From positions 1 through 24,632 of IMG/VR virus record IMGVR_UViG_3300048762_000128: a stretch of DNA of 24,632 nt; one strand, 5' to 3'. Of the stretch, positions 24,565 to 24,632 are shown piece after piece. Made by a program: the position numbers and the translations under genes. The number at the start of each line of letters is the position of its first letter. Within the stretch, counting starts at the first letter, position 1. The notes beneath the pieces were generated by a model. That model had not been told where the DNA came from and made no database searches. It saw only the letters and a list, made by a program, of their open reading frames with translations. This DNA comes from a virus. Its lineage: Duplodnaviria; Caudoviricetes.

Positions 24565-24632
24565 CTACCGGGTCCGGGTCCGGGTACGGGGACGGGTACG
24601 GGTACGGGTCCGGGTCCGGGGACGGGTCCGGG
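24552..24632 (+). CDS. Gly-X repeat protein, partial (MEKLTTGSGSGYGDGYGYGSGSGDGSG...)
   Basis: ATG 24552 overlaps the DUF6948-like stop, followed by the hexamer repeat GGG-(TCC/TAC/GAC) running off the window. Confidence 0.6.
   Translation, partial: MEKLTTGSGSGYGDGYGYGSGSGDGSG

Noticed and set aside
24570-24632. CRISPR array or telomere-like repeat
   Set aside because: The hexamer repeat has no spacers and is in frame with an ATG, so it is better explained as Gly-X coding sequence.

Overview
This GC-rich window is part of a tailed dsDNA phage or prophage (siphovirus-like), probably from an Acidobacteriota host, judging by the Acidobacteria-type receiver protein. The minus strand (about 18.2 kb to 1) carries the late operon: ParB-like/DNA methyltransferase, TerS, TerL, a run of small Zn-finger and membrane ORFs, portal fused to a gp7/gpF-type domain, more small ORFs, a head fibre, protease/scaffold, major capsid, connector, gp10-like, tail terminator, tail tube, tail assembly chaperones with a -1 frameshift site, and the start of the tape measure gene. 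The plus strand (18.3 kb to end) carries early/replication genes: an SSB-tail protein, a decayed Gp37Gp68 gene, HTH, receiver domain, replication initiator with iterons, helicase-loader-like protein, RusA, and a DUF6948-like gene followed by a (Gly-X)n ORF. The most striking feature is a 254-aa intein in the TerL Walker B motif. It has no endonuclease in its own frame but encodes a complete HNH/Zn-finger endonuclease in the overlapping -1 frame. All family assignments come from reading motifs by eye; no database searches were run.
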